Shown one piece after another: positions 23,575-35,651 of a DNA stretch of 64,000 nucleotides. Source of the DNA: Lytechinus pictus (lineage: Eukaryota); NCBI RefSeq assembly GCF_037042905.1, contig NC_087250.1, positions 9,674,001-9,738,000 on the forward strand. Direction: 5' to 3'. How positions within the stretch are numbered: position 1 is the first letter of the stretch; every line of letters begins with the position of its first letter. The notes under the pieces were generated by a model. The model worked only from the letters and a program-made list of their open reading frames with translations. It had not been told where the DNA came from and did not search any database. The position numbers and the translations under genes are program-made.

Positions 23575-26500
23575 TCAACCCGCTTATTCAATATTCATGA
23601 CGACATGCATATCACCATTTTCATAAAATATTGCTAAACTTTATAATTAAATAACTTAACTATTTGTTATCAGATTTTCATAAAATTGTATTTGATATAA
23701 ATATTTTCAGCCCGGAGTAGCCCCAAAACAAGCTGCGTATCTGAATAAACATGCGTGCGCGTGTTTAAAGTAAGACCTAGTATCTGGGCATTGTTAATAC
23801 ATTTTTTATTATAAAAATCAATAATGCGAGCGCGAAGCGCGAGCAGAAAATATTTGAATTTGAATTTAAACACTATTTTAAGTACTGTGTCGGAAAATTC
23901 TGAAGTGGGGGGGGGGGGGGTACAAAACGTTGTTCATTTTCATTACATTTTTGTCATTTATCAACTTACCACTAGATTTCCAGGAGGTGCTGCCTATGGA
24001 AAATAACACATGCAGCACCCCCAGCACCCACGCTTCCCAGGGTCATGGGGCAGGGCGAAAAAGACTGTGAAATTTGATTTCTGTTGTCTGGCTTGTAATT
24101 GTTTATACAAAACACGGGCGGTCGGGCGCGCGCACACTTGATTCGACATAAAACCTGGAAGTTTCAAGTCCAACCACACCCTTATCCCATATGTCCCTCC
24201 CTGCTATGCTATCAAGTAGTGTGTAAACTATGATTATCACGTATCGCGCGCGACCACGTCTGTATCGGAGTGCCGGAGCTTGATTGAGTCGCGTTATAGG
24301 AGGGATGTTATCGGATATGTGAAAGACTACTGTATGTAAATAATTTGCGATTGTCGAATGTGATAATAATGTACATTATAACATATATAAAAATACAAAC
24401 TGAAAGGGAACCTGATTTCGTGGGGGTGCTGCCTATGGAAAATAATACACGCATCACCCCCAGCACCCCCGCTTCCCTTTGTGCTTGTTATATTATTTTT
24501 TGTTCTGGGGTGGACTTCGCCAGACCGAACGTCGAGCTACTACGAGTGACGTCATATTTTGCCACTGCGCATGCCCGAAAGCTTATCCTCACGTCGTCCC
24601 CCGATTCTGACAACGGGAGTTGGGGGAAATTTCCCCGATTCCACGTTGCGGTGAAAACAACAACGTGAGTGCAATTTCTTCGATCTGAACTTGTCCAGAC
24701 AATCGGATAAGGTAGGTTTATTTTGTTTTTTCTACTTCTTGCATCATAAAATATTTTCTTGGGAGGGCTTTAGATATGAATTAATCAACATGCGATCATA
24801 TTTTTCATGGAATCGTTTGTTAGATCATGTAAATTGGAGTGAAAGTTTTCATTTCCATGATAGCCTAAGTCATGTTTTTCCATCGGAAATCGACGAGGCT
24901 GGCCGCCGTGGCTGCCGGGCGGCACGTCGGCTGAGTAGCCTACAGCCAATAAAGTTTTAGCTATCGGTGCAACGCAGGTATTTGCCAAAAATACTCGTTT
25001 ATGAACAATGTTAGGATTGAATTTTGTGTTTATGGGTATTTTGAAGAAAATACTTGGCACTATAGGCTTAGTATTTTCTTATAGATACTTGGCCTAGGCC
25101 CAGTATTTTAAAGAAAATTACTATATTTAGGCCTATAGATCTATATCTATAGTATAATATAGTGAAACGACAAAGACTTGAATCTAGATTTATAACATCT
25201 GCATCGAGATAGAAACATGAGTTGAATTGATTTGGTTTATTGAAAAAAATATCAAACAGGCAGCTCGCAGGCTGAAAATGTAAAATTTACAAGCAAAAAA
25301 TCTACAGAGATAATATATAATTATACAATGGTGAGAGATAAATCACAAGTTAAATTAACATCGATAAAATGCCAAATGCGATTGATAGAAATAACAATGA
25401 ATTCATTTTCTACTATTATGTTTGAAATAAAAATACAGAAACAAACATATAGGGCTAAATGAACAACAATGAACAAGAGCAGAAAATGAGTGGTTTAGTT
25501 CTTCTTCTTCTTCTTATAAAGTACACAGTCCACCGACTGGTGTATTGTTGTACTATATTTGGCAGGTCTGGTGTGGAGTATGTACAGTGTCATTTTGAAA
25601 TAATTATTCTAAAAAAGTTACTACTTGTAAGTGCAGCTTAAAAACCCTAGTTGAAGCAAAGCAAAGGTCAAGTGATTGAAAGTTAAATAGAGTAAATCTG
25701 TTGAGTAGATAAAACCAAAATTAATATTACTTTGAGTTAAAATATTATCAAAAGAAACAGTAAATTTCAATGTGCAGTAGTGTTCATGTTAAAGGAAATT
25801 TGTTAAATAAGTATTTTAACAATTTCGCAATTTCGAAATATTGCAAATTAATTTACAGATAAACGGGATTGAATACAGTGAAATACTGTAATGAACTTAA
25901 GTACAGTGTAATTAAACACAATAACAAAATGTCTCAGTATCTAAATATGATTCTTATCTCGATAAGATCATTGCTGTATTACTACTTCTTCCAAAAAAAA
26001 ACTTATGAAAGAATGTAAGTAATATTTCGGATTAATGAAATTGAACTTTATGTTTGATAGACTATTAAACAACAGAATATATATTTTCAAATAATGACTG
26101 GATGAATTATTAAAGAGATAGATATTGTGACATTACAAACGTGTCATTTTTCAATTATTGCCCAAATATAAAAACATTAAGGAGAGAGGAATAAAATGTT
26201 AAAACACATAAAATGGAGTGGAAAGCATTATTGAATCGACTTTAACTCTAAGTAACGTTATCGGTTTATATTTAATTCTAATATAGTTTAGTTAGTTTAG
26301 TAAGCCTGCAGTAATAGGCTTAAAAAGGCAAAAAAAAGTTTTTACTAGGCATACTAGATCAAGTCTAACCAATATTTCTTTAAATGTGTTTCTTGTTATT
26401 TCTAAAGACTACTATATTAGGAGACCATACTGTCGTCATGGATGCTTCCACATCTGGCTGTTCTGCATCTGCTCTTCGAGTTCAAAGACTAAGTCAGCAA

Positions 26501-27873
26501 CAACAAGGTAGACCCCATTATTCGTCTTACATCAAACTATAAAAAACTATTGCCTAAACATAATAAGCGAACTGACCGGGAACGTTCGGTGCGGTTCTTT
26601 CATACATGCAATTCATCGCAAGCCTTTGTGTTACGGAGCCCGGAACATATTTATCTTGACTCAATGCAATGTCAAAACCTTAATCTGCACCTGCCCCAAA
26701 TTTAGTGCCGCCCTGTTTCCATGGCAATGTACCGGTGCGTTGTTACGTACACCTGGAATCCAAGCAACATGGGCATGATGGGGAAGCTACGAACTGAAGC
26801 AGAGGTTCAAGGTTCGAGCCCTGCGTCCCGTTACTCAAAGGTTACTGATTAATCGTACGCTTGATTTTTAGTATGGATTGTACATCGTATTCAATGCAAT
26901 ACTTAATGACATAACATGTTATACAATAATGGCTTAGCCAATATATACATACACAATGGCGGTCATAAAGATACATGTTATATACAATAACCAATGTTAC
27001 ATATAATGAAAACATATAGAAGTCATTGTTGGTTTTGTCTGTAATCTGATTGCGCCACACCAGCCGAGCCAGTGCATACGGGGGGGGGGGGGGGGGCATC
27101 TTGGGGCGTTTGCCCCCCCCCCCAAAAAAAAAGCTTTCACTACCAAGACAAAAAAGAGAAATAAAATAAGAAGAAATAAAACAGAGATGGGTGAAATGTA
27201 TTTATGATATCATTTTCTGAATATTAAGTCAAAATCTATCACTATATCGGAATTTTGTAAAAATTTTGTTGTTCACTCGCAACATTCTATTGATTTTTTT
27301 TCCCGGTACGCCATATCTGGCACCTCAGTTCCTTTGGCTCATTAAACCACTGAGTCGAGCTGAGTGATTTGTTGAAAATAACATTTTCTACTTACGTTTT
27401 GTGTCCATGAATATTCATGAGGCGTACTGACTAAATAAGCCCCATGACATCGTAATTATGTCAATCGCGTCGGTACCGAATTGAAGCCATTTAAATAGTC
27501 TTTCCCCGGATGAACAGCATTTCGGACTTTTCGCAATTATTACGGGGAAACTCTCAACATTGCACAAATCCCTTTGAAATTGCAAGGGATTGCAAGTCAA
27601 ACAACAATTGAGAGCAGAGAGGCTTTTGTCGAAAGTTGGTGGACCGGGACAGTATCAAAAGTTGGTGGACCGGGACAGTATCGAAATATCTTGACTCTGG
27701 ACAACGACATATTTGCAATCTTTCGCCCGGTGCAAATCGTCGGATGATCTGCTGTACCAGTCCACCAACTTTTGACAAAAGCTACTCAGCTCTCCATTGT
27801 GATTTTAATTGCATTTCCAAAGGAATCAATGCGTTGTAGAGAGTTTCCCCGTAGTAAATGCGAAAAGTCCCTA

Positions 27874-28101
27874 TTAACCACATGAAACAGGGACCTTGCA
27901 GACAAAGGGATATCTAAAAGAACAGGGTGTGGCTTGCCATCCCGAACGTATTCCCGGGTACATTCTGTAATATGCATCGGACAAGTTCAGTCCATATCCA
28001 GCAAGCCCTTTGTTGTAGTTGAACGGTGTCCCATCTGTCCAAAAAAAGGGACCAGGTAAGCTGGGTCGGTGAAGCCCGATCCAGTACCCATTATCATCAA
28101 T
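27874..28101 (-). CDS. EGF/CTL copy 1, exon 5, C-half of CTLD: IDDNGYWIGLHRPSLPGPFFWTDGTPFNYNKGLAGYGLNLSDAYYRMYPGIRSGWQATPCSFRYPFVCKVPVSCG*
   Basis: WIGL, FWTDG and FVCK motifs. Acceptor tttccctacag|, phase 0, TAA at 27874-27876. This frame is not in the ORF track. Confidence 0.92.
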   Translation of the reverse strand: MDDNGYWIGLHRPSLPGPFFWTDGTPFNYNKGLAGYGLNLSDAYYRMYPGIRSGWQATPCSFRYPFVCKVPVSCG

Positions 28102-28609
28102 CTGTAGGGAAATGACAGATGAAATACCAAAGTAGGCTTACATTTTTTCGATGAAATCTGGGCCCGTAGCAAAAAGAGGGTTTGAATGTATAACCACAAT
28201 TGCTTTGATTTTTATGAAAAGCCTGATGTCTATGAGAGATCGCCCCGGATAGGTCTAATGATTCAAAAGGCTAAACAAAACAATTGCTGCATACCATACA
28301 TTTAAGTTAGGGCCTTTTCACACGTAAATCTTGAATCAGCATTGCAATGATGATTGCAATTCGTCTTTAGAATCATCGGACCTTTCACACGGAAAATTCG
28401 TATCGTAATTAGAATGAAACCTAACTGGAATTCACCTCAGGAATAGAATTTGAATTCGTGAATGTGATTAGCGTTCGTGATTCTAGTTTGGTTCCACACG
28501 TGCAAAAAAATCGTCACTATAGCCTTTTTTTTTTTACTGGAATCGTCGTTCAAATTACGATTTTTTTTTTACCGTGAGAAAGGACGGTTAGTGACCTGAA
28601 AATACTCAC

Positions 28610-28797
28610 TAGCTTTCGCAATGTAGTTGTGAAATTTTGTTCCTCTTCACTATGGATAGAAACCAGATCCCCACGACATGACTGTCCACTGGTGAAATTA
28701 CGACAGGTATACATGGCGCTTGTAAAGCTGGATAACTCGTAAAAGTGTTTGTAGCAACTTCTTTCAAAGAGTTTCCATGATGAATACGGGCAAAGAT
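28610..28797 (-). CDS. EGF/CTL copy 1, exon 4, N-half of a long-form C-type lectin domain (DLCPYSSWKLFERSCYKHF...CRGDLVSIHSEEEQNFTTTLRKL)
   Basis: CP..W..F...CY and LVSIHSEEEQNF CTLD motifs. Acceptor cctgcag|, donor CTA|gtgagt, 188 bp, phase 1-0. Confidence 0.92.
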
Positions 28798-28804
28798 CTG
28801 CAGG

Positions 28805-29073
28805 TAATGATAATAATAGGCATTTATATGACTGCATCTATCTAGAAATATTCTATTCCGAGGCGCGTTATTATTATTATTACCCCGGCTTTAGCTCGAG
28901 CTGCCTTTCAGCGCTTATGCATTCAATGAATTAATCCTGCCGGGTACCCATTCACCTCATCTGTGTTGAGTTCAAAACAATGTGGATAAATTTATTGCTG
29001 AAGGCTGGGATTCGAACCCACGACCCTCTGTTTCAAAGTCAGAAGACTTATCCACTGGGCCACAACGCTCCAC
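28805..29073 (-). mobile_element. tRNA-derived SINE abutting the exon-4 acceptor
   Basis: B box GGTTCGAATCC on the minus strand, core motif, (ATT)n tail ending ~7 nt before the exon. Duplicate at 52398-52666. Confidence 0.85.
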
Positions 29074-29255
29074 AATGTACAACAACGAAAAGCAGAGATG
29101 GTGCCTATTATTAATTAAATAGTTGGAATTCGGAGGGTTTTGAGTGACATGTCTACTATTAAATCATACTGCATAGCTCATGTAGCTCTGATGCACATCG
29201 GGAATGCATTCACCCTTTGTATTCACAATGCAGTGTAACGGCAATCGCAGGTAAA

Positions 29256-29722
29256 GCCAAAGATACTACAAGGGGAAGATCGGACACTTCGACGATATTT
29301 TGAAACGCTCGATAAATGCTTATGGGGAAGGGCGCCCAACAGCGTTGAGTAAGTAAACCTTCGCATATCTGCACGCGACTGTGTATAAAACCTATGGGGA
29401 AAATTAGAAAGGGGATTTTGGAGGGGTTTGGAGAGGGCTCAAGGGTGGCGCATGGAAATAATTCCACGTTTTATTACCAAGAAACCTCTGAAATATATTC
29501 ATCTCAAATTTAAGGAGAAAAAATTGAATGAAAACAATTCAAAATGTAAAATCGTCTATTCCTTCAGCCCTTCACCATATCTCTTTTATGTTTTGTACAC
29601 AACCATCTCGCGATACGCAAAGGTAAAAAAGGTCTTTACTCAACTCTGTAGGGCGCTCTTCCTGAGCGTTTCATTACGCGGTCCATGTACTGTCCGATCT
29701 TCCCCTTGTAGTATCTTTGGTA
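29256..29722. mobile_element. TIR element (duplicate ~52850-53325)
   Basis: ~30-bp TIR CCAAAGATACTACAAGGGGAAGATCGGACA. Confidence 0.8.
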
Positions 29723-30564
29723 TAGCGTTTCGGGGGTGCTGCATATGGGGAATAATACACGCAGCACCCCCTAGGAAAACCCCATCACCCCGCTGACACA
29801 TTCATATGTTCTTGAAAGCATTCTGCGTCGCGGTGCTAAACTCCCTATTTAGAAGCAATAGAGTTTCGTACCGCGACGCAGAATGTTTTTTTTTTAGAAC
29901 ATAGGAATGTATTACAAAAAGGTTTTCGTGACAAGGGGTAACAAAGAGGTATTTGCCGAAAATTGGTGAATCATAACAGAAGTTTCGTCCGGGACTCTGG
30001 ACGAACGATATATTTGCAATTTTCGTGTTTTTTAAATATATTTATTTCAATACGGTTAAAAAAATACTTGCTTTCAGCAGACAAGGCTGTTTTTCAGCAA
30101 GTCCGTACAATTCAATTTACAAAATTCTCAAAAACAAGTTGAAAAATAAAAACGGGTGTTTTCTACTCGCCGTAGGGGAAATGGGACCGCAGCGTTAGGA
30201 CGAAACTGCTGATTTGGTTCACCAATATTCGACAAAGACCTCCCAGCTTTTCATTGTCATTTGACTCCTATTTTGATATCGGTTTGTGTTATAGCAAAAA
30301 GCGATCAGCCGATACAACGTGCAACAATTTACTACATGGAATTATAGACCAAGCTTCAGAAAAATCGAGGGGACGGAAACAGAACTACTCCATTGATTCA
30401 TATGTCGGTTCGATAATGAGGGTGATGATGGTGAGGAAATAACATAAAAGATTAAATCCATGCTGCACATATGTTTCTTATACTCCACTTACTTCATTTT
30501 AATTTGAATCCAAAGTTCAGAATAAAGGACGAATAAGCTTACTTAACATGTTTACCATCACAAG

Positions 30565-31290
30565 AATAATAGTAATAATAATGATATAACACTTATAGGG
30601 CGCTTAATACAGATGTTTCTAAGCGTTCAGTTTTCTGCTTTCTTTTGAATTACCGGGGAAAATAAAAAGTGGTCTTAATGATTTCAAAACAAAATTTAAA
30701 GAAACAAACGAAACGCAACTAAGATACGCACCTCCATAATAATAGACCTACCCACAACTGATATCTAGACATTAAAAAGGTGGGTCTTTAGCAAGGTCTC
30801 AAGGGAGTTGGCATTATGGATACGAGATTGTAATTTATTCCACTGGATTAGAACAACAACAGAGAAGGCTCGATCACCATAACTGGTATTTGTACGTGGT
30901 CCTAAAGTTAGCTGCAAGGTTTTTGAAGAACGAAGTGGTCTAAGTGAGCTAGAAGAGCGGAGAGAGATGAGGTAAGAGAGATATTCAGGAGCTAGGCCAT
31001 TGATTATTTTATACGTCAAAAGAAGAACTTTGAAAACGATGCGCTGGCGTATTGGAAGCCAATAAAATAATTACAGAATATGTGTGATATGTTCAGATTT
31101 TCTTAAAAGAGTAACAAGCCTTGCAGCAGTATTTTTTCATTCTTTGGAGTGGGCGTTAATGTGAGAGTGGGAAACCAGAAATAGCAGAATTGCAGTAATC
31201 AAGGTGGAAAGATACAAAAGCATGGGTAAGTTTACTAGTTATGGTCATTGTGGTCGGGTCGAGTAGCTTCCTCATTTTTCCATGTTTGGA
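30565..31290 (-). mobile_element. L2-type LINE 3' fragment (intron 3 of lectin copy 1)
   Basis: YGDRAFSVV...WNKL...LKTHLF, disrupted. Duplicate at ~54190-54910. Confidence 0.85.
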
Positions 31291-31756
31291 AAATCAAATC
31301 CATGTAGCAACGAACCATATTTAATTTGACCAATAACAGAGCCACCATTGGGATCGTTACATGTGTCTAAATGACTTATCAATCCTTTTCATTTGCTCTT
31401 TAGTCTTCATCGAAAGTTCCCTGTATTGCAGAACATGTATCGGTGTCTTTTCGCTTTGTTTTCCAGATTGACTATTAGTAAATGTACATAATCTTTTTAA
31501 ACAAGACAGGCGCCCTTTATGAAAGTTCAGTCCAGACAGATCTAAGGCTACCTCTTAAACATAAGAAATAGGACACTTATTTTGACAATCAAAGCTTTAC
31601 AGGTTTCAACATCGACACGGTAGCGAATGGGAGCGCAAAGAGAAGGGTTTTTTCAGTCTGTGTCATCGTCTTCCCTTACTTCTCTCACACTCACTTTCTT
31701 TATTTCGAAACCTACTATCGTTTTTTTGTCCACATTCTGGTCATTTTTATACATAC

Positions 31757-31861
31757 CGACTGCACATGTTGGTCCTTGAAACCTGGCTGAACAGGAGCAG
31801 GTGAAACCTTCCAGTGTTTCCGTGCATGTTCCTCCATTAAGACATGGGTTGGGTAAACAGT
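31757..31861 (-). CDS. EGF/CTL copy 1, exon 3, EGF-like domain [35 protein letters not shown]
   Basis: Six-Cys EGF pattern, 105-bp phase 1-1 exon, donor TCG|gtatgt. Confidence 0.93.
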
Positions 31862-32486
31862 CTGAGATCGAGAATTTGACGTGACACGACAAATTGAAGT
31901 AGATGGGAAAGTGAGTTAGCAGGGCATATAGAAACGGAGAAAAGAGACAAAGGCAGAAACGGGGAGACATATAAAGACAGAGGCAGAAACGGGGAGACAT
32001 AAAAAGACAGAAGGGATGGTTTGGGAAATAAAAGTGATATTGCCATCTTTATCGTCAGAGGAACAATTGTATTCAAAACCTGTTATTTTACTCTCAAAAC
32101 ACTCGACGGGCGGATCCAGAGGGGCACATTCGGCCCGTGCCACCCCCTTTTAGGAGGCATCAGTATTTTTTGTTTTGGTCATTCATAGACGTGAGGACTT
32201 ATTTTTTTATTTTATTTATTTTTTTGGCTTGTCAAATTGTTCATGGAACAAAATGACATTTCTTTGATATTGAAGACCTTTTTTTGCATGTCATTTTTTT
32301 CTACATCAAATAACCTCGAATTGGTAGTGAGTTCTTTTTTTTCCAACATTTTCCTATAAATACGTGCCTCCCCCTCCCCATTAGAAAATCCTGGATTCAC
32401 CCAAGCTCGATACAATCCACACCCTTGTAGTACAAACTAGACAATGCTTTTTTTTCCATGGCGTGAAATTGGTAGTTTCATTAGTA

Positions 32487-32886
32487 TGTGGGCGATTCCA
32501 TGCTAGAAAAATCAGCCATTTTCTCAACATTTTTCAACCTGCTGTCCAGACGAACGAAGAACTTCAATTTGCTTTGTGGTAATATTGAAGGACTACTGGG
32601 TAGACATGCAAACAACTGACAACCAACATAAATATGTTGTCCATAGTTGAATTAGAGCTTAAAATGTTGCGTGCCGTACGGGACATTTCTGCGTCCCGTA
32701 CAACACTTTTTACCTCTAATTTACCCACAATCTATTTTTTGTGTGTGTTGGTTATTAGTTTTTCACATGACTACCCACGATAGCTTTATCATTGACAACA
32801 AAGAATATTTTATTGCTCAAGCATTCGGCTAGGAAACTAGAAATTGTCAAAATGTCCCGTACGAAACGCATGGAATCGCCCATGTG
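32487..32886. mobile_element. TIR element (duplicate ~56108-56508)
   Basis: TIR TGGGCGATTCCATGC. Confidence 0.7.
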
Positions 32887-33489
32887 GAATTCACAGCGGA
32901 GCAATTGCCCAGAGGAGCAAATTTCATCGAATCATTATGAGCCACCAATTTTCGACAACGAATTCTTGCTCTATGTCATAAAGGATACTCGATATTTTAT
33001 CCTACATAAATCAAATTTTGTATACATATTGGTCAGAATAGCATCATGTGACCAAACATATTTTCACTATTTTGCGATGATGTTGAAAATGAAATGACCA
33101 TTGAAGAAAATTGACTATTCCGTGATGTCAATAACGGAATAATGCACTATTCCATCATTGACATCTCATTATACTGACACACATCATGCAATCTCTCGGG
33201 CGCATCGGTCAGCGAGGCAATTCGACCGGGAAAATCTTTGGCGTAGGCACAAATCCGCGCGATATCTGTATTTCAGTTCAGATTAAAAATAGGATGAACT
33301 AGATGTGCAAGAACTAGATTATCAAGACGTATTGTTCTAACTTAATATTACATGTACGATATAAAACAAATATACCAGGCTTTCATTTTGAAAGTAAAGA
33401 GGCAATTATTCATTCTCGGTTGCACTGGCAAAATTAGTAATGCCAGTCCAACCTCGGACAAATAATTAAAAGAGGCTTTGACAACATAC

Positions 33490-33654
33490 CTGGGAGTTTG
33501 AAGATGAAGATGAATCGATTTGAAACGATTCTCTTTATCCCTGGCCAGTTGGTGTCATCTCTGACTATTAACTTGGGTTCCAGGGCAGCGATGTCTACCG
33601 TTTGCAGTAAGCCTGCTCCGCACCTTGCGTTTACTGGCATACCAAACTTTAAGA
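33490..33654 (-). CDS. EGF/CTL copy 1, exon 2 (LKFGMPVNA-RCGAGLLQTVDIAALEPKLIVRDDTNWPGIKRIVSNRFIFIFKLP)
   Basis: Acceptor (t)n cag|, donor CAG|gtatgt, 165 bp, phase 1-1. Completes the signal peptide (VNA|R). Confidence 0.85.
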
Positions 33655-34208
33655 CTGAAAAAAAAAAATCAGACGAGATTCCAAGTCAGTCCCATCCCTA
33701 CCGTCTTCGGTGAGCAAAAACAAATATGTGGCTTGGCCCTGGGAAACGGGGGTATACTGGGGAGAAGGGGGGGGGGGTATCTTTCTTTTTCTTTTTTCGC
33801 GAATTTTGTCGCCAAATTTGTCGTGATGTATATTAACCTTGCTTGAGCTGTGATCAAACCAGCGCCTGAAACTGGATGGAAGTTGTCCGGATTCCAGCAG
33901 GAGAGCCAATTTGGGGAGTGTTATAGGATATCACGTATAAACGGAAGCGTAAAAGAAAACACTGGTACGCCGAGTACAAAACGAAATTGATTATTGATCA
34001 TCGATTCTTTTTTTAAGCATCCATGGGACTAAGCTTGAAGGGAGGTTGATGATGTTGGAGAAGAATGCAATGAATAAGAGGGTTATCAACACAGAGCGTT
34101 CGTGCATAATAAGCTAAAAGATAAATGCAAAATACCACAAAATATACGTATTGGGTTAGAAATATTACGGAATCCATGTGACATAAACGTAACTAAGTAA
34201 ATACTTAC

Positions 34209-34263
34209 TCAAAAGCAAAAAGCTTGTTAGCACTAGAGATCTTCTAACGAAACCTCTCGTCAT
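34209..34263 (-). CDS. EGF/C-type lectin gene copy 1, coding exon 1 (signal peptide MTRGFVRRSLVLTSFLLL-I)
   Basis: ATG at 34263 inside an exon with acceptor ctcttttttccag| (34288). Donor TGA|gtaagt, phase 1. Basic n-region followed by a hydrophobic h-region. Confidence 0.85.
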
Positions 34264-34559
34264 CTTCTTCAACGCCGAGTATATTTACTGGAAAAAAGAG
34301 ATGCGTAAATATGGACAAGTTTGTGTATTGATTTGATTTTTACGCATTTACATAGCATTTATGATTTATGTCATTCACGCAGACAAGTTATTACATGAAT
34401 GATAATAATAATACTAATTATTATTATTATTATATAACTTATCCGTTAGTATTTGCACATATGGGCAGTTGTAATTATATATTATAACGGTAATGGATTT
34501 GAGTTTTTTTCTAATCAGTATGACCATTTAGTTTCAAACGTTGTTCTTCCGAGGCCAAG

Positions 34560-35068
34560 TATAATAATAATAACAATAATAATAATAATAACAATAATGA
34601 TAATAACAATGATGATAACAACAAAAGCTGGATTTTTAAGCGATCTTTGTCTGAGGATACATAGCGCTGCAATAATTACCCCAGCTTTAACTGTGCTGCC
34701 ATGGCCCTTGGAAGCGGGGTGCTGAGTGTATTAATCACCATTGGCAGCACCCCCAGGTATTCTGGCATAAATTGGGGGAAAATCTTAACCAAAATTACCC
34801 TCATTTTGTAGTAAAACCCCCTGTTTGTTGTTTTCTTTTTTCAAATTTCTTGAAACCAATTTGAGCTCCTGGAGGGCCCTGATACGGGCTAAAGCTGAAG
34901 CATTCAAGGAATTTCTTCCTACAGGTTACCCATTCATCTCGCCTGGGTTGAGTGCAGCACAATGTGGGTAAATTTCTTGAAGGAAAGTAGACCATGGCTA
35001 GGAATCGAACCCACGTCCCTCAGATTAAAAGATGAGAGTCATAAAGTACTAGACCACGACACCCCCAC
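34560..35068 (-). mobile_element. tRNA-derived SINE, interrupted (duplicate ~58283-58789)
   Basis: GGTTCGATTCC B box, core motif and (ATT/ATC)n tail on the minus strand. Confidence 0.7.
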
Positions 35069-35651
35069 ATAAAGAGCAGAACAAATCGTAGCAGGTGATG
35101 GATGATCCGATGTTATCTCTTTTCCTCAACTTTGCAGGGCGTATATATGTTACCATCATAATCATAACACACACACAAACAAAACTACACCACGGTCGTT
35201 TCCCTCCAGGGCTGCAACTTGTCACCTTTGCTATTTCATTCTTGCTTTCACTTAGTTTACGAATGTTTTTCGAATGTTTTCCAAGGACGTTATGTGCGTC
35301 AACGCAGAGAATAATCCTTTGTTCATAGGGGGGAACAATGCTTACCCCCCTCCCAAAAAAAAAAAAATGACTGTCCTCTGACTGACGCTCATGATGGACA
35401 TGATGGTAAAAATGGTAAAGATAATGTCTGTTACCTCTGCCTTGTTTCCTTTTGCATCCGCAAGCCTCACAAAATTAGTACAGACCTTAAAACATTGATA
35501 CTTATCAAGGCAGAATCTCCTTAGTCAAGAATACGCATGCATTCAATGCGCGCAAATTGTGTTTCGTCGCAGAGCAACACACTACAGCAGTGGCACGAAG
35601 ACAGCATTTACGCATTGATTGTCAAGATCCCAACGTGAGTGATAGCTTTAA

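Noticed and set aside
29797..29911. ~115-bp hairpin as a structured ncRNA or miRNA
   Set aside because: It looks like one of the many short palindromic MITE remnants and is nested among other repeats. No independent support.
31862..32143. Hydrophobic ORF extensions upstream of the EGF exon (signal-peptide-like)
   Set aside because: Pyrimidine-rich intron with a short duplicated 27-bp unit. A proper signal peptide is supplied by exons at 34209 and 33490 in compatible phase.
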